DNA from: Candidatus Dormiibacterota bacterium
GTDB taxonomy: Bacteria > Chloroflexota > Dormibacteria > Aeolococcales > Aeolococcaceae
DNA: 64,000 nt
Direction of reading: 5' to 3'
Assembly (NCBI GenBank): GCA_963717185.1
Contig: CAVQVY010000053.1
Span: forward strand, 83 to 64,082
The notes under the pieces were generated by a model. The model was not told the origin of the DNA. It saw only the letters and a list, made by a program, of their open reading frames with translations, and made no database searches. Shown here piece by piece: positions 37,376 through 48,979 of this stretch. Each line of letters starts with the position of its first letter. The first letter of the stretch is position 1. The translations under genes were made by a program, and so were the position numbers.

Positions 37376-39773
37376 TTGGTGATGGCGGCAGCTGGCCGGG
37401 GGTGGCGGAACACCCTGACCGCCCGTTTGCTCATCGGCGGCATGGTGATCACCGTGGCCCTGGTCGCAACCGTGTCCGGGTTCCTGCTGGTCAGTCGCGC
37501 GCTGCAGACCGACCAGGCGGTGCGGTCGGAGGCGAGCAACCGCTCGGCGACCGGCTACCAGCTGCTGGTGCACGTCACCGAGCCACAGACCCAGTTCGCG
37601 GCGACCACGCTGGCCCACGCGGCGCCGCTGCAGAAGGCCCTGGGGCTGCCGGACGCCAGCGCACGCGCCGCCGCGGTCGCCACCCTCTTCGGCTCAGGCG
37701 TTGGCGGCACCTCGTCCCCCGGGAGCCGGGTCGCCGTCCTCGACGGCAGCGGCTCGCCGGTCTACACCGATGAGTGCGGCGCCGGTGAGGCGGTGGTGGC
37801 GTGCGAGACGAACCCGGGGCCACACCTGGCGTCGACGACGACCTCGGTGGCACTGGCAATGGCCGAGGGGCGCCTCGCTCAGTGCGCGGCGGCGGCCGCC
37901 GCCGGCAAGGCGATCCAGAAGCAGTGCCCGGCCGGGTACGAGGGGATCGAGCTCATCGGCAACAGCCTCCCAGCGTTCGATGCGGCGGTAGTCGTGCGAG
38001 ACAGCACCCACCACTTCATCGGCATCGTGGTGTACAGCACCACCGTCCAGGCGCAGTTCGCGCGTTTCGGCTCGGCCCTTCTGTACACGCCGGCGCTGCT
38101 CACCACCGGCAGCACACCCGGCGCTCTACCGTTTCGACCCCGCGCACGACTACGCGCTGAGCCGGGGAACGGCAGACCCACGCTGGAGCCGGGGTGCTCA
38201 CGCACCGGCCGGCGTCCTTCTCCGCCGAGTACCTGGGCGGGGCGGCCGGCGCCGTCGCGGTCTCGTACCTCGCGCTCACCGCGCCGGACGGGTCGATCCC
38301 GGGCTACCTCGGGGTGGAGGTGCCCACCGCGGTCTTCGCGGGACAGACCGGCGCCGACGAACGCACCATCCTGCTGATCGGGGTCACAGCGATCGTGCTG
38401 GTGTTCCTGGTCATCGCCGGCTTCGCGTCGCGTTTCGTGGTGCGGCCCATCGCCCGGCTCGAGCGCGGCGTGCGCCGGATCGCGAGCGGCGACCTGAGCT
38501 CGGACGTCCCCGTCACCAGCGGCGACGAGCTCGGCCGGCTGGCACGCAGCGTCAACCAGATGCGCGCCCAGATCGCCGGGTACATCGGGCACCTCGACAG
38601 CTCCATCGAACGGCTCGAGAGCGTCTCGCACGCGCTGACCGCGACCGGGGAGGGCGTGGAGGCCCTGCAACGCAGCGTCCTCGCGGCCGCTGCCGGGATC
38701 GGTGGCGGCGAGGCGCGCGCCGCCCTGTTCACCGTCGACGACGGTTCGCTCCAGGCCGCCGCCGGCGCCTCGCAGAGTGTGCTGGCCGCGTTCGATTCCG
38801 AGGAGGTCGAGCGGCTGGCGCGCGGTGAACACGTCCGCCGCGTCGCGGACGAGGCCTCACCGGGCCTCCTCGCCGTGCCGATGATGTACCACGCAGAGGT
38901 GGTCGGGGCGCTGGCAGTGTGGTCGTTCGAGCCTCTGTCCGACAGCGACGAGCGGGCGCTGGCCGCGCTCGCCAACAACGCCAGCGTGGCGACCGAGAAC
39001 ACGCGCCTCTTCGAGCAGGAACGCGACACCGTCCAGCGGCTGCGCGATCTCGACATCCTCAAGACCAACTTCCTCACAACCACGCAGCACGAGCTGCGCA
39101 CCCCGGTGCTGGCGATCAAGGGTGAGATCGAGTTGATGACCGCGGCTTGGCAGCAGCTCGACGAGGCGACCAAGCTTGACCTGGTGCGCGACATGGAGAT
39201 CTCCGCCCGCCTGCTCGGCGACATCGTCGAGAACATCGTGGTGTTCTCGCTGCTCAACTCTGAGGCGGTGACGCTGCGCACCGAGCACGTCGACGTGGCT
39301 GCGGCGATCAATGTCACCGCCGCGCAGCTCCGCGAGAACTTCAGGGACGGGCTTCCTGTCGAGCTCACCCTCAATCTGGTGCCCGGGATGTTCATCCTCG
39401 CGGACCGGGAGCGGTTCGAGCAGGTGATGCGCGCGCTGCTCGACAACGCGGTGAAGTTCACGCCGGCGGGCGGCCGGGTCACGGTGGTCACCCGCCAGGC
39501 CGGCGCCAGCTGCCGCATCGACGTCATCGACGACGGCATCGGCATCGACGAGCGCGAGCTGGCCACGGTCTTCGACCACCTCCGCCAGGTCGACGGTTCG
39601 CGGACGCGCCGTTACGGCGGGATGGGCATGGGGCTGGCACTGGTCCGCCGGCTTGCGAAGCCCACGACGCCGCCGTGTCGGTGGCCAGCACGCCCGGGAA
39701 CGGAACCTGCTTCACGCTCACATGGCCGCTGGCCGTCGAGCGGCGCGACCAGGCGGGCGAGCGCGCCGGCTGA
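37376..39773 (+). CDS. HAMP-GAF sensor histidine kinase (frameshifted)
   Basis: Two TM helices, HAMP DELGRLARSVNQM, HELRTP, LLDNAVKFT, DDGIGI, GMGMGL. Confidence 0.85.
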
Positions 39774-39782
39774 GCCCCGCGC

Positions 39783-40680
39783 TCAGCCGATCAGCCCGCT
39801 CCGCCGCCACAGGATCATCCCCGGGCCGCCCATCAGGTCGTTGGCCGCGAAGAACCGCACCAGCTTCGACGCCGCCCAGCGCATCGACTCGCGACGCACC
39901 GGGCTGGCCAGGGCGACCCGAGCTGCTTCGGTGGGGTCGAGCCCACCGCCGCGTAGGCATCGGGGTGCACCAGGCGCGAGCTGACGGTCCACGCGGAGCG
40001 CGCCGCCACCCAGCGTGCCCATGCGCGTGCGGCGGGCGTCGCCGTGGCCATCTGCCGCTCCATCTCCTCGTGCGCGTAGCGCACGTGACGCGCCTCCTCG
40101 ATGACGTGGATCTGGGAGATGCGCCGGACCAGCGGTTGGACGCTCTCGTCCACCATGAGCTCACGCTGGAAGGCGTCGAGGATCTCCTCGGCGATGAGGA
40201 TGGCGGCGAAGACCTCGGGGCCGCCAGCGGTCGTCTTCAGGCGCGGCCGAGGGTGTGCGCAAGCCGGCCCGGGCCGTACGCGGGACAACCGAGCTTCTCG
40301 ATCATCCGCGAGAACATCACCGAGTGGCGGCACTCGTCACCGATCTCGACCAGCGCGTAGCGGACGTGGTCGCTGGTGGCGGGCAGGTCGTAGATGTGCC
40401 TCGCCAGCAGTTGCAGCAGGATGAGCTCGAACCAGATGCCGACACTCGCGGTGCTGGCGATCTCGTGGCGTGAGAGATCGATGCGCTGCCGACGACTCAT
40501 CCGCGCCCACAGGTCTGTGCCGTAGAGGCTGACCCGATGCTCGGGCATGTAGAACATGCCGTCGACGAGCGGCTGCTCCCAGTCGACGTCCACCTCGGGA
40601 TCGAACGACTTCTGCGCCGAAGCCCGCAGCAGGCGCTGCGCGATGGCCTCGCGGTCGGGCGTCTGCAACAGTGTGCTCAT
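39783..40680 (-). CDS. AurF-family diiron oxygenase (frameshifted)
   Basis: SFDPEVDVDW, GIWFELIL, DECRHS, AEEILD, HVIEEARHV. Confidence 0.88.
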
Positions 40681-41531
40681 GCGATCCTCTCCTCCTTGCT
40701 GAGCGCGGCGGGTGCCGGGTCGGGGAAGCCGAGACGGGTGCGCATGGCGGCGGCCAGGGGCGCCGCGGTGTGCAGGCCACGGGCGAGATCACGGCGCAGG
40801 CGATGCCGGATGACCGAGTCGACGGTCCGCGGGAGATGACGTGAGGCGGCCAGCTCGAACTGGCCGCGGGCCGTGCACGCCAGGTCACGCGGAGGCCGTG
40901 CCATGGTGAGCGCGCGCAGCACGGTGGCCACCACGTCCGCGGGCAGCTGCGCTCGGGTGCTGGTCTCCAGTGAGAGACCGGCGGCGACGCTGGCGTCGTG
41001 GATCGGGGTGCGGATGTACCCCGGGTAGACGGTGGTGACGCCGACGTGGCTGCCGTACTCCGCTCTCAGGCAGTCGGCGTAGGCGGTCAGGCCGCGCTTG
41101 CTGACCGTGTAGGCGGCGGCAAACGGGATGGACGCGTAGGCCAGCTGGGATGCGACGAACACGACACGGCCGCGGTGCTCGACGACGTCGTCGATGCATG
41201 CCGCGGTCACCCGCCACGGCCCGAGGAGGTTGACGTCGATGGTGCGTAGCACGGTGTCGCCGGGCACGTCGCCCGCGCTGGTGGGCAGCCCGATGCCGGC
41301 GAAGTGAACCACGGCGTCGATCCCACCCAGCTCTGTGCGAGCCTGTGCGATCGCGGCGGTGACGCCGTCGGCGTCGCGGATGTCGCACGGGATGACACCG
41401 TCGCCGCCGACCACGTCCAGGCCGGCCACAAGGGCGCCGCGCTCGCGCAGAGCGGTGGCGGTCGCGCCGCCCAGCGCGCCGCCGGCGCCGGTCACCAGCA
41501 CGCGCCGGCGGTGCAGCGACTCGGTGCTCAC
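40677..41531 (-). CDS. SDR family oxidoreductase
   Basis: VTGAGGALG, YTVSK catalytic motif, YPGYIRTP. Confidence 0.9.
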   Translation of the reverse strand: MSTESLHRRRVLVTGAGGALGGATATALRERGALVAGLDVVGGDGVIPCDIRDADGVTAAIAQARTELGGIDAVVHFAGIGLPTSAGDVPGDTVLRTIDVNLLGPWRVTAACIDDVVEHRGRVVFVASQLAYASIPFAAAYTVSKRGLTAYADCLRAEYGSHVGVTTVYPGYIRTPIHDASVAAGLSLETSTRAQLPADVVATVLRALTMARPPRDLACTARGQFELAASRHLPRTVDSVIRHRLRRDLARGLHTAAPLAAAMRTRLGFPDPAPAALSKEERIA

Positions 41532-42922
41532 GCCACGCGCTCCGGGGCCGCCACGGCCTTGGCAGGCGCTGTTCGCGGCAGCGCGGCGACGCCGGCGGCC
41601 GGTGCCGCCACGGCTCTGCCGGGAGCGGCGTGACGAGACGAGCGCCGCCGCTGCCGCCAGCTGTAGACGTCGAGGATGCGGTGGGCGACGGCGATCTCCC
41701 GCATCGTCTCGCTGACCCCGACCAGGTGGCGGGCATCGGCGCGGCGAACCCGGGCCAGGTCGATGGCGATGGGGTGGTCGACGGTCGACTGGATGCGCGC
41801 GAGGCGGGCCAGCAGCTCAGCACCGCGGCTGATCAACGGCCCCGCGCCACCACGCGGCTGAAGCACCCCGAACACATACAGGCCCGCCGTCGCCGGCGGG
41901 AGCATCCCGAAGACGCGCTTGGGGATTCCGTTCTCCCACTCGAAGATGTCGTGGTCGAGGAACGGGAAGCTGACGGCGAAGCCGGTGGCCCAGACGATGG
42001 TGTCCACCTCCTCGCGGCGCCCGTCGACGAAGGTGACCACGTTGCCGTCGAAACGCGCGATGTCGGGACGGTACTCGACACGGCCATGCCGCAGCGCATG
42101 CAACATCTCGCTGTTGACCACGGGGTGGCGGTCGAAGAGGCGGTGGTCCGGGGCGGGGATGCCGTACCTCGTATTGCTGCCATGGATGACCCGAACCATG
42201 TTGCGCAGGAAGGCGCGCTGAGCCCACAGCGGCAGCCAGGCCTTGTCGAGCTCCGCGGCGGGAATGCCGAGGACAGTCTTGGGAAGGAAGTGGTAGCCCC
42301 GGCGCATGGAGATCAGGGCATGCCCGAAATGGCGCGAGGCCTCGACCGCGATGTCGCAGCCGGAGTTGCCGGCCCCGACCACCAGGACCCGCGAGCCCTG
42401 GAAGTCGGCGGGGTTGCGGTAATCCTTGGAGTGCAGCTGCAGCCCGCTGAACGCACCCGGTCGGGTGGGGATGCGCCGGTCCCAGTGATGGCCGTTGCAC
42501 ACAGCGACCCCGGCGTAGCGCCGGGTGGTGAGCGTGCCGTCGGGCAGCCGCACGGTCACGTCCCAGCCCCCGACCCCATCAGGGGTGACCGGGACAACGC
42601 TGGTCACCTCGGTCTGGAAGCTGATCAGCTCGCGAAGGCAGAAGGCCTCCGCGTACGAGCGCAGGTAGGCGAGCATCTGGTCGCGGCTGGGAAAGTCGGG
42701 GTAGCTGCGCGGCATCGGGAGCTCCGCGTACCCGGTGGTGTCGCGCGAGCTGATGATGTGGGTGGAGTTGTAGACGCCGTTGAGCCAGTTGCCGCCAACC
42801 TCGGCGTTGCGCTCGACGACCTCGACCTCGATCCCGTCGGCGCGCAGCGCGCGGGCGACGCCGAGACCGGCATACCCGGCACCGATGACCAGGTGAGGGG
42901 CGGCAGTGGCGGTCATGGTCAC
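41528..42922 (-). CDS. Flavin-containing monooxygenase
   Basis: IGAGYAG, GGNW, FSGLQLHSKDY, VGAGNSGCD, WATGF. Confidence 0.92.
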   Translation of the reverse strand: MTMTATAAPHLVIGAGYAGLGVARALRADGIEVEVVERNAEVGGNWLNGVYNSTHIISSRDTTGYAELPMPRSYPDFPSRDQMLAYLRSYAEAFCLRELISFQTEVTSVVPVTPDGVGGWDVTVRLPDGTLTTRRYAGVAVCNGHHWDRRIPTRPGAFSGLQLHSKDYRNPADFQGSRVLVVGAGNSGCDIAVEASRHFGHALISMRRGYHFLPKTVLGIPAAELDKAWLPLWAQRAFLRNMVRVIHGSNTRYGIPAPDHRLFDRHPVVNSEMLHALRHGRVEYRPDIARFDGNVVTFVDGRREEVDTIVWATGFAVSFPFLDHDIFEWENGIPKRVFGMLPPATAGLYVFGVLQPRGGAGPLISRGAELLARLARIQSTVDHPIAIDLARVRRADARHLVGVSETMREIAVAHRILDVYSWRQRRRSSRHAAPGRAVAAPAAGVAALPRTAPAKAVAAPERVA

Positions 42923-42938
42923 CTCCTGGGTGCTGGGC

Positions 42939-42969
42939 GTTACCTTGAGTAACAGTTACTATTAGTAGC
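42939..42969. promoter_or_regulatory. Tandem palindromic operator (GTTAC-N5-GTARC x2), candidate TetR site
   Basis: GTTAC-CTTGA-GTAAC (42939-42953) and GTTAC-TATTA-GTAGC (42955-42969) in the 47-bp divergent gap. Confidence 0.65.
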
Positions 42970-43728
42970 ATGCCGCCCCGAAAAGTCAAGAGCCCGACAG
43001 ACCAGGCTCCCGGCCGGGGGTCCACGGCAGCAGTCCCGGCCCCGGCCGCCGGTCAGCGCGAGCGCTGGCGCGGGCATCGCGAGACGCGCCGCGCCGAGCT
43101 CGTCGAGGCCGCTGTCGAGGCGATCCGCGCCAACGGCGCCGGCGTCGGGATGGAGGACATCGCGGCCCAGGCCGGGGTGAGCAAGCCCATCCTCTACCGG
43201 CACTTCGCCGACCGCGCCGACCTCTGGCTCGCGGTCGGACGCCGCGTCAACGACGAGCTGCTGACCGCCATGTCCAGCGCGCTGCTCGTCGAGCGGCCAC
43301 CGCGCGAGACGATCGCGGCGGTCGTCGACACCTACCTCCTGCTCATCGAGCAGGATCCCGAGATCTACCGGTTCGTGGTCCACGGCTCCCTCGCTGACAG
43401 GGGCATGAGCTCCGACCTGGTGCACGCGCAGATGGCGCTGATGGCCGCCGAGGTCGCTAGCGTCCTCGGTGACCGGCTCCGTGAGGCGGGCGTCGACTCC
43501 GGGGGCGCCGAGCCCTGGGCGCACGGCATCGTCGGGATGGTGCAGGCCGCCGCCGACTGGTGGATCGACCGGCGATCGATGTCGCGTGCCGCGTTGGTCG
43601 ACTACCTGACCGCGATGATCTCAACGGGCATCGAGGGACTGTTCGCCGGCGCCATCACCGACGCGACCTCGAACCCTCGCAACACTCTGCGCGTCATCGA
43701 CGAACCGCACGACGGCGAGGCCGGCTGA
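42970..43728 (+). CDS. TetR family transcriptional regulator
   Basis: HTH MEDIAAQAGVSKPILYRHF; divergent from the FMO operon. Confidence 0.92.
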   Translation: MPPRKVKSPTDQAPGRGSTAAVPAPAAGQRERWRGHRETRRAELVEAAVEAIRANGAGVGMEDIAAQAGVSKPILYRHFADRADLWLAVGRRVNDELLTAMSSALLVERPPRETIAAVVDTYLLLIEQDPEIYRFVVHGSLADRGMSSDLVHAQMALMAAEVASVLGDRLREAGVDSGGAEPWAHGIVGMVQAAADWWIDRRSMSRAALVDYLTAMISTGIEGLFAGAITDATSNPRNTLRVIDEPHDGEAG

Positions 43729-43788
43729 AACCCGGTCGGCTTGATCTGCCGGCAGGCGCGGTACCATGGACTGGCAGCTTCACCTCGT

Positions 43789-44159
<371 letters not shown>

Positions 44160-44185
44160 CAACTGCCCGCCCATCGGGCACGCCG

Positions 44186-44908
44186 TCAGTTGGCGAAGTC
44201 CTCGGTGAGCCAGAGCCGGTGGTGCACCGGGTCAAACAGCACGTCGACGCCGACGATGGTGGCGGTCGTCGACAGGATGTTGAGGCGGTGATCGTCGTTG
44301 GGCGGCTGCTCGTTGATCATCATCCCCTCGAGGCCGAGCGCCCCCGAGGTCGACAGCGACTGTGACTCCCCGATGTTCTCGGCTGCCCACGACCAGCGAA
44401 CGCCCTGCTGGCTGACGCGAGCACCCAGCCCCGCCTCGCCCGGGCACTGGTGCACCATCTCGTCGTAACTCGCCATCGCCAGGTTGTGGAGGTGAGCGCT
44501 GCGGACCAGCCCGGCGCTCGAGGCCAGCGGCCGCAGCCCGGCGGATTCCCGCGCCTGGTTGATGGCCTGGAACACGGCGGCGGCAGCCGCCGACGCCCCG
44601 GTGGGCAGCGCCGCAGCGGGCGGCGCCGGTGCGCTGGGCCGGTGCGCAGCTGCGTGCCAGGGTGCCGTCGGCGGCGGCTGTGGGTTTGGTGGCGGTGTGG
44701 CCGTGGGCGGCGCGCTCTCCCACCCACGGATGGTCCATCCCTGGTCCTCGTCGGTGGCCATGGCGACGACCGCATGAGCAGGCGCGGCAACAGTTGGGAC
44801 CGCAACGTTGGCGATGCTGACACCGACGGTGGCGAGCACGGCGACGACGACCACCACTGCGACGTGGCGCGCGCGGACTCGAATCCGCGCCGGAGCGCGC
44901 CGAAGCAT
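44186..44908 (-). CDS. Exported CAP/SCP domain protein
   Basis: TM/signal, Pro linker, INQARESAGLRPL, AAENIG, HRLNIL, WLTEDF. Confidence 0.85.
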   Translation of the reverse strand: MLRRAPARIRVRARHVAVVVVVAVLATVGVSIANVAVPTVAAPAHAVVAMATDEDQGWTIRGWESAPPTATPPPNPQPPPTAPWHAAAHRPSAPAPPAAALPTGASAAAAAVFQAINQARESAGLRPLASSAGLVRSAHLHNLAMASYDEMVHQCPGEAGLGARVSQQGVRWSWAAENIGESQSLSTSGALGLEGMMINEQPPNDDHRLNILSTTATIVGVDVLFDPVHHRLWLTEDFAN

Positions 44909-45213
44909 CTCTGAACGAAGCCTCCGATGAGGTCGACAACCGGACCGCACGAGGGGCCCGTCGCTCGGGACCGATGGCCCACGGCCGCCAACCCGTTCTG
45001 TGGCCGTTCAACCGGCCTCACCACCAAGAACGACGCTTCGTGGTCGGACCTTGTGGCCTTAACCGGATCGTTACAACGAGGCGCGCACCGCATACGCGTG
45101 AGGAGCACGCAGGGGTGCGTCGATGCGCGCAGTCCCGTCGTGTGGTGTCTGCCTCCTGCAACTGTCGTGGCAGCCCCATTTGCCTGAAACACCGGCGTGG
45201 TTAGCGTGTCCGC

Positions 45214-46456
45214 ATGGCCGGCATCACCAGCGAGATCGACCAGGCGCGCGACGCTGAAACTTCATGAGGCGATCGTGGTGGGAGCCGGCCCTGCAGGTCT
45301 GGCCACCGCCGCGGCGCTGCAGACCCGCGGCTTCGAGACGCTCGTCATCGAGAGCTCGGACGCGGTGGGCGGGCGCTGGAGATCGAGATACCCCGAGTTG
45401 CGGCTCAACTCGTGGCGGTGCATGTCGAACCTGCAGGGGTACCGCATGCCACGCGACTACGGACGTTTCCCGAGTCGCGATGAGTTCGTCGCCTATCTCG
45501 AACGGTACGCCGCGCATCAGCGGCTCAAGCTTCGGACCAACACATCCCTGGCCCGCGTGGAGCGCGCAGCCGGCGGGCTCTGGCGGTTGGAGACGTCGAC
45601 GCACACGATGCTGGCGCGCTACGTTGCGATCGCCACCGGGTGGGACGCGGTGGGTGTGCTGCCCGACTGGCCCGGTCGCAACTCCTTCGTTCCCGAGCTC
45701 ATCCATTCCTCGGAGTTTCGCGGGGCGACGCCGTACCGAGGACGGGAGGTGCTCGTCGTCGGTGCCGGCAACTCAGGTGTCGACATCGCCGGCCACCTGC
45801 ACGATGCCGGGGCAGCGGTGACGCTGTCGATGCGCACGCCCCCGAACCTGGCGATGCGCGAGGTGCTGGGAATCCCGGGACAGCCCATCCTCGTGTTCTT
45901 CGGGGACAAGCTGCCCACCAGGGTCGCCGACCTCACGTTCTCCGTCGTCAATCGCCTGCAGTTCGGGGACCTCCGCCGCTACGGGTTGCCGCGTCCGCGC
46001 CAAGGCCCCTATGCCAACTTCCAACAGCGCCTGCGCAGCCCGGTGGTGGACGATGGCTTCGTCGCCGCCCTCAAGCGGGGCGACGCGCGGGTCGTCGGCG
46101 ACGTGCGGCGGCTGGATGGTGACGACGTGGTGCTCAGCGACGGCACCCGCGTCCGGCCCGATGCCGTCATCTGCGCCACCGGGTACCGGCGCGGCCTCGA
46201 GCCTCTCGTCGGTCACCTCGACGTCCTGCGCCCGGACGGGGTGCCATTCGCATACCGGGGAGCTCCTGAGCATCGATCCGCTCCGCGTCTGTACTTCGCC
46301 GGCATGTGGGGCCAGTTCAGCGGGGAGATCCGCCTCGGGCCGATCCACGGCCGGCGCATCGCCCGGGAGGCGGCTCGGGATCGCGCCGCCTACGAGGCGA
46401 TCGTCGCGGGTGCGCGGCGGCGGCGGCGCACCTCATCGAGAACCTCGGCGGCGTGA
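45214..46456 (+). CDS. Flavin-containing monooxygenase (probable frameshift near 45258)
   Basis: VGAGPAGL, GGRW, LIHSSEF, VGAGNSG, CATGY; TAGCGT 6 nt before ATG 45214. Confidence 0.88.
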
Positions 46457-46872
46457 CGAGCTGCGTTGACGTGTGGCCACACGCGCGCGATCCGTCCGTC
46501 CGGTCCGACCAGGAACGACACGCGCTGCACCACAGGCAGGATCCCCATCATCCGGCCCACGCCGTACGCCCGCCGGATCGAGTGGTCGCTGTCCGACGCC
46601 AAGCCGAACTCCAGCCCGTACTTCTCCGCGAAACGGGTGTGCGACCGCCAGCTGTCGGTGCTGACCCCGATCACGTCGGCGCCGCTCTCGGTGAGCGCGC
46701 TGAGATTGTCGTTGAGAGCGCACGCCTCGGCCGTGCAGCCCGGGGTGTCGTCCTTGGGATAGAAGTACACGAGCACGTGGCGCCCGCGCAGTGACGACAG
46801 CCTGAGCGAGCTTCCGTCGCGACGGCGTGCGTTGATGTCCGGCGCCCTGTCTCCGACCTCGAGAAGTGTCAT
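46390..46872 (-). CDS. bcp: Peroxiredoxin (Bcp/PrxQ)
   Basis: YFYPKDDTPGCTAEAC. Confidence 0.92.
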   Translation of the reverse strand: MTLLEVGDRAPDINARRRDGSSLRLSSLRGRHVLVYFYPKDDTPGCTAEACALNDNLSALTESGADVIGVSTDSWRSHTRFAEKYGLEFGLASDSDHSIRRAYGVGRMMGILPVVQRVSFLVGPDGRIARVWPHVNAARHAAEVLDEVRRRRRAPATIAS

Positions 46873-47002
46873 GAATCGCTCCCTTCACATGGGAGCGTAA
46901 CCGAACCGCCCCTTCCGGCAGACGCGCGCAGGCGTCCGGGCTGCCGCTGGTGATCGGGAATCCGCCCCAGCCCGTCGGCGCCCACGCGCATACTCCGCAG
47001 CC

Positions 47003-47806
47003 GTGATCGATCCGCACGCAGCGGCCGCGAACCTTTCCACGGGTGACCACGAAGACCCCAAGCCGTCGTGGGCAGTGGATTTCCGCGACGCCTCGCTGTG
47101 GTGGCGGCGAGCATTCGCGGAGGTGCTCGGGACCTTCCTGCTGGTGCTCGGGGGCGTGGGCAGCAGCGTCGCGGTGGCGGTGACCGGGATGCCCATCTCT
47201 CGAGCGGTTGCGGTGACCGTGCCCGGGCTCACCGTCATGGCTGTGATCCTGTTCATGGGCAAGGTCGGGGGCGCCCACCTGAACCCGGTGGTGAGCATCG
47301 CGTTCGCCCTGCGCCGCGACTTCCCGTGGCGGCGGGTGCCCGGCTACATCGTCAGCCAGCTCGCCGGCGGCCTCCTCGCATGTCTCTTCCTCTGGGCCGT
47401 GTTCGGGCGGCCCGGCAGGTTCGGTGCGACGGTCCCGGGGCCCACCGTCTCCGACCTCCAGGCGATGCTGGTCGAGGTGGTTCTGACGATGGGCCTGGTG
47501 AGCGTCATCCTCGGCACCGCCTCGAGCGCGCAGAACGTCGGCGGACTGTCTGCGATCGCGGTGGGCGGCTACATCGCGCTTGCCGGGCTGTGGGCGGACC
47601 CGTTCAGCGGCGCGTCGATGAACCCGGTGCGATCGTTTGCGCCCGACCTGGTGCGTGGCAACCTCTCCCATACATGGTTGTACGTGGTCGGGCCGCTGCT
47701 CGGCGCAGTGATCGCCGTGGCGTTCGCGTTCATCCTGCGCGGCCCCGGTGGTGACACCGGCGCCGTGAATGCTGCTCAGGGCGACGGGACGCCGCAGCGC
47801 GGTTGA
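47003..47806 (+). CDS. MIP/aquaporin family channel
   Basis: AEVLGTF, GAHLNPVVS, GASMNPVRS, six TM helices. Confidence 0.92.
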   Translation: MIDPHAAAANLSTGDHEDPKPSWAVDFRDASLWWRRAFAEVLGTFLLVLGGVGSSVAVAVTGMPISRAVAVTVPGLTVMAVILFMGKVGGAHLNPVVSIAFALRRDFPWRRVPGYIVSQLAGGLLACLFLWAVFGRPGRFGATVPGPTVSDLQAMLVEVVLTMGLVSVILGTASSAQNVGGLSAIAVGGYIALAGLWADPFSGASMNPVRSFAPDLVRGNLSHTWLYVVGPLLGAVIAVAFAFILRGPGGDTGAVNAAQGDGTPQRG

Positions 47807-47837
47807 CGAGGCGATAACCACAGGAGGACCAACGATT

Positions 47838-48254
47838 GTGAGCACCACCCCCAAGGAACTCTGGAAGCGGGTGCCGGCTTCGCACGACTACGCAGCGGCC
47901 GCCGACTACCTGAGCCTGCTCTTCGACGCGGTCACCATCCGGACCATCGTGCGCCGGCTGCGCGCCGCAACACCGACGACCAAGAAGGCCAAGGACCTGC
48001 TGCGCGCCAGCGGGCTGGCGCTCCTCCCGGCGGACGACAAGGAGCTGATGAGAGACCTGAAGAAGGTGAGGAAGGGCGAGCAGCTGTCGCCGGTGCTGCT
48101 GGTGCGTGGCGGCCTCTACCACGACCGGGTGCTCACGGTTGCCGATGGGTACCACAGGATCTGCGCCAGCTACCACATCGACGAGGACGCGGACATCCCG
48201 TGCCACATCGCCGACCTCCCGCCGCCGCCGAGCCGGGCGCGGCGGAGCTCGTGA
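47838..48254 (+). CDS. Hypothetical protein with ParB/Srx-like motif
   Basis: AGGAGG RBS; LSPVLLVRG..VADGYHRICA. Confidence 0.7.
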   Translation: MSTTPKELWKRVPASHDYAAAADYLSLLFDAVTIRTIVRRLRAATPTTKKAKDLLRASGLALLPADDKELMRDLKKVRKGEQLSPVLLVRGGLYHDRVLTVADGYHRICASYHIDEDADIPCHIADLPPPPSRARRSS

Positions 48255-48255
48255 C

Positions 48256-48924
48256 TCACGTCTGCGAGCGGTTCTCGATCTCCCACGCGTGGTCGAGCGC
48301 GTGCCAGGCGATGCGCCGCGCGGCGTAGCGCGGCAGCCAGCCGCGTTCCACCAACGCCTCGCCGGCGCGGGCCGCTCCCAGCGTCTCCAGGATTGCCTCA
48401 CGCATGGTGGCGATGGCCTTCTTCTCACCGCGGTGTGGCGCAGCGACCTTGATCCCCACCTTGCGCGCGTACGCCTGCTCCGCCCCGAGGACGTGCTCGA
48501 CGATCGCGTCGCGGTCGCGGCCCCCGCCGCGCGGGCCTTTGTGCAGGGAGGCCGGCGCGGCAGCGACGACACGATCGAACTGGGTCCACGCAGCCGCCAT
48601 CAGGTCGGTCATGCGCCGTGCGCCGGCCGCGGTGAGGCACTCGCTCTCGACGTCTGCGGCGAGGTCCGGCACCCCGAAGTCCATGGTCGGGGTGCCGGCA
48701 AACCGCTCGATGACCTCGTACCTCCCGGGCGCGAACGGAACGCCGGCCTCCGCGGCGACCACGGCGTATCGCGGGGCGTGGTCGGCGAGCGCGGCCAGGG
48801 CTTCCTCCTCGCGCTTGGCGATGCGTGCCCACCCGGGCCAGTCGACGGCGCTCGCGACAGCGCGCCGGTCGGTGGCCTCGACCACGACGCGAACCGTCTG
48901 CGACCGCGTTGTCCTGGGAGTCAT
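48256..48924 (-). CDS. Hypothetical protein (DinB-like C-terminus)
   Basis: DWPGWAR, KGPRGGGRD, HVLGAE, WHALDHAWE. Confidence 0.7.
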   Translation of the reverse strand: MTPRTTRSQTVRVVVEATDRRAVASAVDWPGWARIAKREEEALAALADHAPRYAVVAAEAGVPFAPGRYEVIERFAGTPTMDFGVPDLAADVESECLTAAGARRMTDLMAAAWTQFDRVVAAAPASLHKGPRGGGRDRDAIVEHVLGAEQAYARKVGIKVAAPHRGEKKAIATMREAILETLGAARAGEALVERGWLPRYAARRIAWHALDHAWEIENRSQT

Positions 48925-48979
48925 CGGCGGTCGAGCATTGCACAGCCTGCGCTCCGAGAATGCAATAGGCTAGGCACGC

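Noticed and set aside
44910-45200. Riboswitch (c-di-AMP or c-di-GMP) upstream of the CAP gene
   Set aside because: Conserved aptamer motifs could not be matched by eye; an Rfam scan would settle it
46390-46456. 67-bp convergent overlap of FMO and bcp as antisense regulation
   Set aside because: Short tail overlaps are common in high-GC genomes and could come from an indel
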